From Somniosus microcephalus (taxonomy: Eukaryota), in assembly GCA_052327205.1 (NCBI GenBank), contig CM126209.1:153326001-153390000 (forward strand): DNA of 64,000 bases. The letters are read 5' to 3'. Shown piece by piece: positions 1 to 11,690 of this stretch. Position numbers and translations under genes: made by a program. The notes beneath the pieces were generated by a model, which had not been told where the DNA came from, ran no database searches, and worked only from the letters and a program-made list of their open reading frames with translations. Positions within the stretch are counted from its first letter, which is position 1; every line of letters begins with the position of its first letter.

Positions 1-145
1 GACACTCCTTAAAACCTACCTGTTTGGTCAACTGCCTAATATCTCCTTATGTGGCTGGGTGTCTAATTTTGTTAACGCTCCTATGAAGCACCTTGGGATG
101 TTTTACTACATTAAAGGTGCTATATAAATGCACGGTGTTGGTGTT
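1..145 (+). mobile_element. 3' tail of an L2-type LINE or L2-tailed SINE (partial)
   Basis: Has the ctccttaaaacctacc...gctatataaatgca terminus seen again at the L2/SINE ends near 14700, 17700 and 57085. Confidence 0.6.
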
Positions 146-689
146 GTTTAGATGGGGTCTTGCATCACTTGGATTTAGTATGCTTAGAACTCCGGAGTTA
201 TGTTGGCACTTTCATGTCGATGGGAATCTATTTCAGGTGTGTCAATTTTTTTCAGAGGCTCAGTGATGCAGAAGTGTTAATATAATAGTCTTGGAATTGC
301 ATCATACAGCTGTGAAACAAGTCCAGTCTGTTGAGGGTCATTGCCAGATGCATGAATATACGTCTATTGCAGTGCTGGTAATGACTCTCTATGATGTTTC
401 TAGGATGACGGCGTCAATTTAAAAAAAATGTTAATTAGTGTTTCTGTAGCACAGTAAAATAAGTTGAAATTTTCTTTGAAATGTTAATTTGTCACTGATA
501 TCCAAGGTAGAAATACTGTATATCTGAATTTCCATAGATTTTCCTCCAAATTTAACATCTCAATTTTCTTCCCTGGCTGTTGCCGATTCATGATTTTGAA
601 GGAGGGTACAGTTCAATAGGTTCATAGTCATTGCACTGGCTCATACATGAAAAATCAATAGAATAGGGATAAGTATCGGATTCAGTTTG

Positions 690-768
690 AGGTCAAAAAA
701 TCTGCTATCAAACTGGCCGTACAGCATAGAGGATACGCGTGGCAGTGAGAGCAAGGCCTTTTTAGCTA
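690..768 (+). mobile_element. Old CR1 LINE fragment, left of a nested insertion
   Basis: Ends in gcaaggcctttttagctata, which resembles the CR1 ORF2 KxFYxY region and is continued by the + strand fragment after 2808. Confidence 0.4.
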
Positions 769-2808
769 TAGAAACATAGAAACATAGAAGATAGGAGCAG
801 GAGTAGGCCATTCGGCCCTTCGAGCCTGCTCCGCCATTCAATGAGATCATGGCTGATCATCCAAATTCAGTACCCTGTCCCTGCCTTCTCCCCATATCCC
901 TTGATCCCTTTAGCCTTAAGAAATATATCCAACTCTTTCTTGAATATATTTAATGAACTGGCCTCCACCGCCCTCTGTGGCAGAGAATTCCACAGGTTCA
1001 CCACTCTCTCGGTGAAGAAATTCCTCCTCATTTCAGTCCTAAATGGCCTACCCCTTATCCTTAGATTATGACCCCTGGTTCTGGACTCCCCGACCATCGG
1101 GAACATCCTTCCAGCATCTAGTCTGTCCAGGCCTGACAGAATTTTATAGGTTTCGATGAGATCCCCTCTCAATCTTCTAAACTCCAGTGAGTATAAGCCC
1201 AATCGACACAATCTCTCCTCATACGTCATTCCTGCCATCCCAGGTATCAGCCTGGTGAATCTTCGCTGCACTCCTTCCATGGCAAGTACATCCTTCCTCA
1301 GATAAGGCGACCAAAGCTGCACACAATACTCAAGGTGCGGTCTCACCAAGGCCCTGTACAACTGTAGCAAGACATCCTTGTTCCTGTACTTGAACCCGCT
1401 TGCTATGAAGGCCAACATACTATTTGCCTTCCTAACCACCTGCTGCACCTGCATGCTTACCTTCAATGACTGGTGCACAAGAACACCCAGGTCTTTTGCA
1501 CTTCCCCTTCTCCCAATCTATTGCCATTCAAATAATAATCTGCCTTCCTGTTTTTGCCACCAAAGTGGATAACCTCACATTTATCCACATTATAATGTAT
1601 TTGCCATGTTTCTGCCCAATCACCTAACCTGTTCAAATCATACTGGAGTTTCATGACCTCCTCCTCACAGCATACCCTCCCACCCAGCTTTGTGTTGTCT
1701 GCAAATTTGGAGATATTACATCCAATTCCCTCGTCCAGATCATTAATATATATTGTGAACAGCTGGGGTCCTAGGACCGATCCTTGCGGTACCCCACTAG
1801 TCACTGCCTGCCACTCGGAAAATGACCCATTTATTCCAACTCTTTGCTTTCTGTCCGCCAACCAGTTCTCTATCCAAGTCAATACCTTGCCCCCAATCCC
1901 ATGTGCCTTAATTTTGCACACTAATCTCTTATGCGGGACCTTATCGAAAGCCTTCTGAAAGTCCAAATACACCACATCCACTGGTTCTCCCTTATCTATT
2001 TTACCAGTTACATCCTCAAAAAATTCCAGTAGATTAGTCAAGCATGATTTACCTTTTGTAAATCCATGTTGACTTTGTCCGATCCTGTCACTGCTTTCCA
2101 AGTGCTCTGCTATTACATCTTTTATAATGAACTCTAGCATTTTCCCTACTACCGATGTCAGGCTTACCGGTCTATAATTCCCCGCTTTTTCTCTGCCACC
2201 TTTTTTGAATAGTCGGGAAACATTAGCTACCCTCCAATCCATGGGTACTGTTTCAGAGTCTATCGAGTTCTGGAAGATGACCAGCAATGCATCTACTATT
2301 TCTAGGACCACTTCCTTAAGTACCCTGGGATGTAGATTATCAGGCCCTGGGGATTTATCGGCCTTCAGTCCCATCAATTTTCCTAACACCATTTCCCTAC
2401 AAATACTGATTTCTTTCAGTTCCACCCTTTTATCAGCCCCTATGTTCCCCGGCATTTCTGGGAGGTTATTTATGTCCTCCTTTGTGAAGACAGAACCAAA
2501 ATATGTATTTAGTTGGTCTGCCATTTCTTTGTTCCCCATTATAAATTCCCCGATTCTGACTGCAAGGGACCTACGCTTGACTTCACCAATCTTTTTCACT
2601 TCACATATCTATAAAAGCTTTTACAGTCAGTTTTTATGTTTCCTGCAAGCTTACTCTCATATTCTATTTTCCCTTTCTTCATTAATCCCTTTTTCCTCCT
2701 TTGTTGAATCCGAAACTGCTCCCAATCCTCAGGATTATTGCTTTTTCTGGCCAATTTGTATGTCCTCTCCTTGGATCTTATGCTATCCCTAATTTCCCTT
2801 GTTAGCCA
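769..2808 (-). mobile_element. Young 5'-truncated CR1 LINE with a nearly intact reverse transcriptase
   Basis: ORFs 1463..2599 and 867..1478 give CR1 RT motifs (NYRPVSLTSVVGK, YLDFQKAFDKVPH, GVPQGSVLGP, FADNTKL, RPHLEYCVQLW). One frameshift near 1495. (GAAACATA)n tail at 769-786. Confidence 0.95.
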
Positions 2809-4000
2809 AGAGACAGAGAGCTATAGGGCCATTATGAGATTCTGCAGGCAGATTTCAGAGTTCCAAGATATAGTTGAGGTTTTAAATGGTTACTATGCAT
2901 CAGTCTTTACCACTGATGATAATGCTGAGTTACCAGTACTGTTACGTAGAAGTGATGCACTTTTACACATTCAATTTTAGCATGCAGAATTAGCAAATTG
3001 GTCTGCTGGCTCTGATCGTATTCATGCTAGGGAGCTAAAAGAAGTAAGGGTGGCTATGTTATGTCAGCCACTGACGCGTATATTTAGCAGCTCATTGAGA
3101 GCTGGGATTGTATGATGGACTGAAGTGAGACCTGTAATAAGGGCAGTAAGTCAGAAAAAAGCAAGCAAGCTATAGACCCATTAATTTAACTTCAGTTAGA
3201 GGCAAGTTGCTATAAAGTATTATTAGAGATGCACTGTATGATCACCTAGATGGAGCAGAGGTTATTAGGGAATCCCAATTTGGCTTCTGGAAAAGGAGGT
3301 CCTGTCTCTCCAACTTGATCACATTCTTTGAAGAGGTTACAAAATTCATGGACGATGGAAGTCTGATCGATCTTGTTTTTCAAAATGTCTTTGATAAAAT
3401 GCCACACAAGATTTCTAAGATTGTGTCTCATGGGATTAGCAGGCAGATTTTAGGTTGGATAACTAATTTGTTGCATTTGTGTAGGCTGAGAATAATTGTT
3501 AATGATAACAGCTTTGTGTGGTGGTTGGATCCTAGTGGAGTCCTGCAGAGATTTATGTTCGGCCTGGTGCTTTTCATCTTATTAATGATCTGAATGAAAG
3601 CATCGGGCAAACAGTCCACAGGTTTGCTGAAGATTAGTGAGTTGGGACTGTCGACAAAACAAATAGTCTGCAGGTGGATCTAGATACAATGGAGGAATGG
3701 GCCCACATGTGGCAGGTATCTTTCAGTGTAGGCAAGTGACGTTTAATGTTTTTGGGTCCAGTAATAAGTGGCATGTATATGTCCTGCAAGATTGCCTACC
3801 CAAGGCTGAGGGGTATAGAAACACTGAAGGTGTTGCAAAGCTGTAACAAAAGCAAAAGGAGTGTTCGTGTTTAGCTAGGATAATTCAATATAAAACTAGA
3901 AGTACAATGCTTACCTTATACAAGGCCATGGTTTGGTTATATCTAGAACACTGTGCCCAATTTTGGTTTCCTCACAAGATATTGTATGACTGGGAGAGAG
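2809..4000 (+). mobile_element. Old, degraded CR1 LINE RT fragment
   Basis: VLNGYYASVFT (ORF 2738..2980) and FFEEVTK...VFDKMPH...SGVLQ (ORF 3315..3593), with many stops. Right boundary approximate. Confidence 0.8.
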
Positions 4001-4912
4001 AGGCTTGATGGTTCATGTAGATTGTATCAAACTGGAATAAGACACGCTTGTTAGTCTTTCCATAACTTATACTTACTTTCCTAGCTTTCAAAATATAGTT
4101 TTCTAACATTAGGCTTATACAGTGTAGTGAATTGGTTTTGGTACAATATTGCACTTAAATCAATGTAGCATTAGCATTATGCCTCTTATATGTGATGCTC
4201 TTAATTCATCTATATGGGACATGCAGCCTCAGAACTATTTGCTCACTCAAATTATTCCTGAAACAAACTTAAGAGTTAAATTCAGTTGCATTTGAACCTG
4301 TTTTTTGTTGCATAAAGATTAAAATTAGGGGTTGTAGCTGTTTTATGTGGTTACAATTACCTGAATCACATTTAAACAGACCCACAGAATCTGAAGTGTT
4401 ATGCCTGTAACATTTACATTTAGGATTTTAGCTTTTTATCTCTATTTTACATCATGTCTTGGCCGTGATACCCACTTGTGCATTCACTTGCCTGTAATCT
4501 CCACCCCCTTCAGTTTAATGGACCAGCCAATCCTGTTGGTGAGCATTCAAGTGGCAAACCCTTACTCTAATGTCTTACTTGTTAAGATGACTGTTCGACA
4601 TTGCGCATTCTCAGCATGTATTGCAACGGAACAAGCTTGTTGTGGTGAAACTATTCTCCAGGGACAAGTGAGAACATTTTTGCAAGGACCAAGTGCAAAT
4701 TATTAGAATAGTAATGATTTACCTTTGACCTTCAATGTTCAGGCTGCTTAGATTTCTAAATTGGCAATTCATTGTTTTGTACTGTTATGTAGTTACATTC
4801 TTAATGATAATTGTAAAACTCTCTTAATGGTGCTTGAGTTTTGCTGTTGGATAACTGTATAACTGCATGTTGCTTGTGGTGTTTTGAGTTTTTGTGTGTT
4901 TTTTTTGCTCAG

Positions 4913-5181
4913 GATTTTATGCTTGCTGCATCTTCCATTCCGAAGTACTCGTTTGACTCCAGCATGCCATTGAATAAGACAGCAAGACCATTTGGTGTTA
5001 CAACTACGGAAAGTTCAAACTCAGGGACACCAATAAAGTCAGTGAGCTACAAACCTGTATCCCTATATACTCCACCTTCTGCTTTGCCTAGTATCACACC
5101 CGCATCCCAGACACAACTAAAATATGGTTCAACCACAGAAAAACACAGCTCAACTGCATCCACACTGCAGCATCCGAATGG
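4913..5181 (+). CDS. PDLIM7: PDLIM7 internal exon, 269 nt, phase 0 to 2 (DFMLAASSIPKYSFDSSMPLNKTARPFG...HPNG)
   Basis: Pyrimidine tract and cag acceptor at 4910-4912, GG|gtatgt donor. LNKTARPFG motif typical of the Enigma family. Confidence 0.9.
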
Positions 5182-6831
5182 GTATGTCAAAACATGCTTT
5201 CAAACCTCTCTACGAAATATAGTCCTAATTAACTGCAGCTTCAAAATTGTTGTGCTGGAGAGGAAGATCTACTGCTAAGTTACAATTTACTGAGTGATTT
5301 ATTCAAAAAAATTCAATTTCTAGGAAATGAGATATTATCTGCTCAGGCATTTCAGCTGATGGGCAGAGTTCTTTCGGTCAAGCTACGTGCTTCGTTACTA
5401 CTGGATGAAATGTTAAGTACAACCAACTGGAATTAAAAACCACAGTGATTTAGCACTAGATTTTCCTCTCAAACGAGCACTGCCTTTATGAAAGGGTCTG
5501 TAAAACTTTTATTTGCACTCAATGTATTAATTTAAATTGCATCAAAATGCCTTCTGCATGATGCATGGCTGTTCAAACTCTTCCTAGTTTTCCAAACAAG
5601 GGAAACAGTTTTTCAAACATCTTGAAAGCTGTGCCCTTTTATATGAACAAAATGGTTCACTGTTCACTGCCACATGAATGTAACTTCACAATTTGCTTTT
5701 GCTTGATTTCACATTCATTTACCAAAAGATTTTGGTAGTTTAATTCACCAACTGGTGGTGGTGTTCTGCTTGGAATATTTGCATTTCAGAATGATGCAGA
5801 AGTCTCCAATTGATTGAACTATTTACCTTGGGTAATTATGTGTAGTACTTTAAAACGATTTCTGCACAAAATGAATGATGCTCGTTTTCTAAATTGTATT
5901 TTATACTTGATTAGCCCAAGGTGTTCTGGGTTTCTGACATGCCCTAATTTCATTTAGATTGTTGCTTGTTGATTAAGTGCATGCAACAGTATGGCATGAG
6001 GGTACTGTGTATGAGCTGTGGACTGGCTGTAGTAACATAGTGCCAGGTTGTGACACTTCCTTTTTAAGAAATTATAAATGAGCTTACTGGTCAGGGTCAT
6101 ATTATACAAGTGTGCAGTATTGAGTGCCCACACAGGCCCATACTTGGAAAGGCATATATTTATCTCTGCCTATATTAGGTCTCTTGAATGCTTACCTATT
6201 GCTCCAGTTCGCAAGCCTTGATGCTAGTATTTGTCAGGAAGATGTATGAGTGTGTACGTCCACTGCTGATGCAGAATATTGTCCTCGTGTCACTGAAACT
6301 CTAACTCTGGTCCAATAATTTTGATCAATTTAAAAATAAGCTTGCAGCCTACAGACCCTCACTGAGACGCACATGCAGAACTAAAACAGATGAGTTAATT
6401 ACATGCTAATTGATTTCAGTGAGCTTTTGTTAACCCTGTGTGTACTGAAGAAAGTGTTCTTCAAAATACCAAACTGCAAGCTTTCTAATTTAAATGGAGA
6501 AACTTGGTAACATGAGGGGTGGAATTTGTATTCGGCGACAATGCATAAGTCAATGGGAAAGAAAATCAGCTATCGCCCATATTGCACGACCACCAAAGAC
6601 CAATTTCACCCTGTGATTTGTGGCTCTTTACTTACCTGAAAACAATTCTGTAACATTGCATATTGTATTTTTGGAGTTGCGAACGCATTCAATACTAATG
6701 GGATTAGGTCTCGGTACTGCTGATGTTTGTCGGTTTTAAAGTTACAGGAGGGTTACCTATGTTGTATTTTATTCTATAAAAATTGTCAATAAATGGAGTA
6801 TTGTAATGGTAGAAATATGATGAGGGATATT

Positions 6832-7580
6832 GGCCCGGAATTTGCAGTCAGCGGCGAAGGAACGGTGCTCGCCGCTTACCTCTAAGAAAGCTGCCCACAA
6901 CGATTTAGTGGGCTCTCTGGCGTTAATTTCTCCTATTCCAACGTGACTTTCAATCTGGCACCATCTATAGGGGATCTGTGGCACTCACCAACAGTGACGT
7001 CATCAAGCAGGCTGAGCAGCCAATCAGACTGAAGAATTCGCAGACAGCAAACCAGGAAGGAAAATGCATGGATTATATTTCACTTTTTAATCATTTTACA
7101 GAAACCAAATAAAGATTGGGATATACACATGGGATCAAGGTAGAAGCTGAAATATCATAAACTTTAAAAGAAAATAAAAATTAATTTTATCTTTTAAATA
7201 TCAGGGAATGACACTCCGCACGTATAAAATTAGTTTTCTAGTGCCAGAGAGGTTGTTCAGCAGTAATTATGACTTAGTACGCCATTAAAAAAACTCAGTT
7301 ACACTTCATTCAACAAGGCTTAACATTTTCAGTGGTATTTACAGGGAGACTAGTGCATAAAAAGTTGAAGTTCACATCAATTCACTGATTCTGTGTTGAT
7401 TGCATCTGCGAGGACTGCACCAGCATACCCTGTGGCGGAGCAGGGTATCACAGACAGCAACTTCTGGATTTCCACGTTTAACTGTTTATGTGCAGACGGC
7501 AGATCTGGCAGTCAGTTTTACACAGTAATGATGGCGAGCGCTGACCGTTTTGCTGTCGTTACAACAGCAAATTCCAGGCC
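6832..7580. mobile_element. Non-autonomous TIR element (PIF/Harbinger-like MITE)
   Basis: Terminal inverted repeats GGCCCGGAATTTGC / GCAAATTCCAGGCC, with further imperfect subterminal symmetry. Confidence 0.7.
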
Positions 7581-8483
7581 AATATGTGAGATTTTATTTC
7601 CACGACTGGCTGACCAAATAACACTTTTATGGTCTGTATGGCAAACTGCAATAAAAATTGTGTGTTGTGCCTCTCCATGCATTCTAATTCTTACAATTGC
7701 AGATTTTATTTTAGTTTGCTTTTTTTCTTCTCTTCTCTTTCTGCCCCTCCTTAAAAATGTCCTGGCATATGGCACTCCAGTAGAACATAAGTGAAAGTTG
7801 TTGGCATAAGGTGGTTGAGATTTTCTGTATTTTATTTGCATTGTGAAGTAAGACAACAGGTAGAAAAATTACACTTTTTTTTCCTCATTAATTATGATGC
7901 ACGGTCTGTGCGAAGGAGGGAGTTGCAGGGTGTACCTGCATGTGACTTTTTAATACGTAGTCAACAGACCTGTCTAATTAGTCAAGTGGTATCCCATGTC
8001 TGTTGTGCCTCAGGATGTTTATAAGCGCACTCTCTTTTGAATTCTGTACCATCTGTTAATCTTATGGGTAGAGAAGACAGTAAATGTTATGATAACTTTG
8101 CCACGCTTCTAGTGATGCAGGAAATGTGTACTTTTGTTTCATTGATCTTTCACTATTTTCACACATGTGGGACAATGCAAACCGATATGAAAAGGATGCT
8201 TGAAATTGAGTCGCAAACTACTAAACTGAAAACCTGAAGTGTAACGTAGCCTTTCAGTGAACCTGAAAGTTCGAATAATTCTGATATTAATTGGCTATTG
8301 AAAGAGTATTACGCTGGACTGTCTTCTCCAGTTTACAGATCCTTCTTCCATCAGTATCTACCTTTATCTCTGACATTTTTCATTTACACTCTCATTTTCT
8401 TTTTTGGCTCTCTTGGTAAGCTTTATCTGTTGGCAATATTTCATATTTAATTCACCTTGCATCTTTCTTTCTTTCTTCTTTAG

Positions 8484-8500
8484 GTGGATACTCTAATCAA
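8484..8500 (+). CDS. PDLIM7: PDLIM7 17-nt microexon (VDTLIK), phase 0 to 2
   Basis: Strong pyrimidine tract, tag|GTGGATACTCTAATCAA|gttagt. Same phases as the 269-nt exon. Same size and position as the VQTPDK microexon I recall from mammalian PDLIM7. Confidence 0.75.
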
Positions 8501-9262
8501 GTTAGTACTTTTCTGTCTTTGCATTTATTGATATGGGTGGCATGTTGTAATTCCTTCTAAAAAGAGGTCACAGACTTGAATAGTTCCTCAATCTTTATAT
8601 GTAGAAATACAAGAAATGAACTTAAAACACACATAACCGTTGCACCCTTGAGTAATAAACCTCAAAGCCATTAACAGTTGTATTCCAAAATATAAATGCC
8701 TGCAGCAATACAGTAAATATTGACACCTAGGATACTAATTTGTAGGTTTTATGTAGCAAAAGAGAGAGAGCATAAATATTTACTATTTCTTGAGAGAGCT
8801 TTTATTATACTGCACAAAGAATGCAATGCTTCCTTGTGTTTCTGTTTAACCCTCTGAGTACTGTACCAAGATGGTATTTTAATTGTGTTTATCAAATTCA
8901 CTGCCTTTCATATCAGTTTGCTGAGTGTTCACAAGGAAACATTTTAGATTTCAGTACAAATTAGAATACTGCATATAATTTATGTAGCTTTTAAAGAAAT
9001 GCAGTACTCAAAGGGTAATGTGTGTAGAAGTCTAAATGCACTGATTTAGGTTGACCCTAATCAAGCGGTCTCTCTGTTTGTCTCTCCGCTATACACTCAA
9101 AAGTTATAGAGCGTACCTACACGCATGTTATATCAAAAGAAAGCTTATCATTAGGGGAGTCTAATAGGCATATTTACTTTTTGGTCAGACAAAAATTGTT
9201 CGGACAGTATACAAAAAAGGTTCAAAAAACCGCAACATTCCATTTATTAGCTTTGAGTGATG

Positions 9263-9390
9263 TGATGGTTGACCAATCGTACAGGGGATTAACCTGATGG
9301 TTGACCAATCGGTGCGTCACGGGGGGGCGTTTCATTGCGTGTGTGGGCGGGCCTAATCCTGCTGAGCTGAGGTGAGTGGCCGCCATCTTG
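9263..9390 (+). promoter_or_regulatory. Promoter-like module inside the Helitron-like element
   Basis: Duplicated TGATGGTTGACCAATCG (CCAAT at 9273 and 9305), TGCGTCA at 9313-9319, GGGCGGG at 9345-9351, GAG|GTGAGT donor at 9372, YY1-type GCCGCCATCTTG at 9379-9390. Confidence 0.55.
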
Positions 9391-9590
9391 ATTCCTAACT
9401 ATTGATTTATTTTTCCCACTTTCTGTGTGTACCCCGTTAGGTTCTTTTCTTAAGTTGCCTTCTTAGCTATGGGGTGCTTAAAAACCTGAACTTTAATATT
9501 TAGGAATCTCTCTTTATTGTAGTGGATGCGCGGAGCCATGGCCTAGCAGCGCGGGAAGCCTGGGCCTCGAGTTCAGCGGATTCCCGGCGC

Positions 9591-9719
9591 GCCCGGAACC
9601 TGTCGAACCTGCTCAAGGCCGTTCATTTCCGCGACCACGTCACCGTCTTCGCCTCGGCCAACGGCATCGGGGTGACGGCCGAGGCCGCCAAAAGCGTCCA
9701 GGGGAACGCGTTCATCCAG
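9591..9719 (+). pseudogene. RAD1: Captured fragment of a RAD1 (9-1-1 checkpoint clamp) coding exon
   Basis: ARNLSNLLKAVHFRDHVTVFASANGIGVTAEAAKSVQGNAFIQ aligns without gaps to human RAD1 as I recall it (VRNLSTILKAIHFREHATCFATKNGIKVTVENAKCVQANAFIQ, 29/43 by hand). Followed directly by CAG|gt. No in-frame ATG and no other RAD1 exons seen. Confidence 0.85.
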
Positions 9720-9957
9720 GTGCCGAGGCCCGGGCCACGGGAGAGGAGAGGGGAGGGAGGGACAGAGTAAAGCAGGGAGAGACGGGGGAGGGAGAGAGAG
9801 AGGGTGAGAGAGGGAAAGAGTGACGGGGTGGGAGAGGGAGGGAGAGCTCGCCTTCTTCCTTCCTTCCTTCCTTTGCAGGGGTCCATCGGGCCAGGCCTGA
9901 GGCGCTCCTTCCCCCCCCCCCTCTCTCTCCAGGCTAATCCTGAACTAAATCCAGCAG

Positions 9958-10284
9958 TGTCTCTCTCTCTCTTTTCCCCCCCCACCCCCCGTCTCTCTCT
10001 TCTCCCCCCAGTCTCTCTCTCTCCCCCCCGCCTCTCTCTCTCTCTCTCTCTCTCGCTCTCTCTCCCCCCCAGTCTCTCTCTCTCGCTCTCTCTCCCCCCC
10101 AGTCTCNNNNNNNNNNNNNNNNNNNNNNNNNNNNNNNNNNNNNNNNNNNNNNNNNNNNNNNNNNNNNNNNNNNNNNNNNNNNNNNNNNNNNNNNNNNNNN
10201 NNNNNNNNNNNNNNNNNNNNNNNNNNNNNNNNNNNNNNNNNNNNNNNNNNNNNNNNNNNNNNNNNNNNNNNNNNNTCCCCCCCC

Positions 10285-10331
<47 letters not shown>

Positions 10332-10378
10332 CCCAGTCTCTCTCTCTCTTCCCCCCCCAGTCTCTCTCTCCCCCCCAG

Positions 10379-10432
<54 letters not shown>

Positions 10433-10469
10433 TTTTTCTCTCTCTCTCTCTCTTTTTCTCTCTCTCTTC
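9958..10469. repeat. (CT)n/(CTTT)n microsatellite with repeated ctctcccccccagt units, spanning an assembly gap (N 10107-10275)
   Basis: Directly visible. Confidence 0.95.
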
Positions 10470-10729
10470 CAAAAAACAACATCCCCTCAAAAAACCCTCT
10501 CCACCGCCGGGCACTCCAGCTAGTTATCTATGCATGGCAAGCTCGCTGCTTGGAATGGGCCTAGTGTTGGAATTTAGTCAAAGGAGTTACGAATATTTGT
10601 GTGTCATGAGCCCTTAAAAGTAACAAAGTAACTTTTAAAGCAGTGAGTGGCTGTATCTGGGGGAGGGGATGGGGGCTGGAGGCAGCTAAGTGTAGAAGTG
10701 GCTGGCAAAAAATAATTAAAGGCAAAACC

Positions 10730-10935
10730 TCATGGAGGCGGGGCACTGGGCAGAATGATGAAACAATGAAATCTCTCTCTTTGGCTGGTAAAGAGGAAGT
10801 ACTGCTGCATGAGGTGAATGCAAGGAGGATTACTTGTTTGGTACTCCAGGGCATCCAACCTTGACAGGAGATGGCAGCTAGAGTCAATGCTGTGACCACA
10901 CTTGCATGAGATGGAAGAAGATGGCATGACTTAAG
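10730..10935 (+). mobile_element. Degraded Myb/SANT-like ORF remnant, probably Harbinger-derived
   Basis: KEEVLLHEVNARR and, in another frame, QEMAARVNAV. Resembles the ORF at 53980..54180. Confidence 0.45.
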
Positions 10936-11029
10936 GAAGTTGCCACAACACTAATTTGCCTGTCAACCAGTTCCAGATTTTCTGCTGGCCCATGCCAAGC
11001 CCTGACACAACCTTGCAGCTGTTTCATTG

Positions 11030-11690
11030 CTCATCATCCACAGGCATGGAATAAGCTTCCATACGTATGTTGATGATCACAAACTCTAGCTCTCCTCCAT
11101 TTTCCTCAGTCCCACGACTGTGTCTGTGTCACTCGACAGTCTGATGTTCAGTTGTAGCTGAGTCATGTTTTCTCCAGTTGGAGAATGGAAGACTGAAGCC
11201 TTCATTTTTGGTCCCCAACAGGCAGTTCACTTCTTGCTTACTGATTTGTTTGCTCCGGCTGAACCAGACTTGGGAGTATTTTTCGCATATTGTTCAGTCC
11301 AGAACTGAAATTTAAACCCCATATGCTGTACATCACTGATGACTTATTTCCACCTTTTTTCAAACATCACCCCCCTCCAACCCTATTTCACTCCTCCTGC
11401 CATGAAAGTTCTTCTGTCTTCATCAGCCTTCAACTATTTCTGCAATGACCTTGCTAGCTTCCTAACCTCCACCTTCCACCAATTCCAACTCATCTGAAAC
11501 ACTGCTTGCCTATCTTCCCTAACCCACGTCGGCTTTCTGGTTCCCAACACAATTTTAAGAACTTTGTCTGCATCACCTTGCCCCACTCTACCCTAACTTT
11601 ACTGCTTTCACCAATCTTGCATCCCCTCCCATGCTCTCTGATCCTCTGACTCTTACCTTCTGTGTACCCCCCCCTGTCTCTCCCTTAACC
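11030..11690 (+). mobile_element. Degraded L2 LINE fragment
   Basis: IIHRHGISFHTYVDD corresponds to the L2 RT HGISFHMYADD motif. Followed by gaagactgaagcc. Confidence 0.65.

Larger units (their letters stand above)
9061..10523 (+). mobile_element. Non-autonomous Helitron-like element carrying captured host DNA
   Basis: Starts with TC after an A (9060) and ends cgccgggcactccagCTAG before a T (10524). No TSD or TIR. GC-rich mosaic interior in an AT-rich intron. The subterminal hairpin is incomplete and the 5' end is less certain. Confidence 0.65.

Noticed and set aside
1653-2792. Plus-strand ORFs of 101 and 195 aa
   Set aside because: Antisense shadows of the CR1 RT reading frame.
7718-7810. 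Long pyrimidine tract with a possible exon at 7781-7810
   Set aside because: Stop codons in both relevant phases and a weak donor (gtggtt). A poison exon cannot be excluded, but nothing supports it.
9522-9770. A functional nested RAD1 gene
   Set aside because: Only 43 codons match, the N-terminus is missing, there is no in-frame ATG and no further RAD1 exons are visible.
9804-10523. Long ORFs of 182-239 aa on both strands
   Set aside because: Translations of CT/GA microsatellite and an N gap, not real coding sequence.
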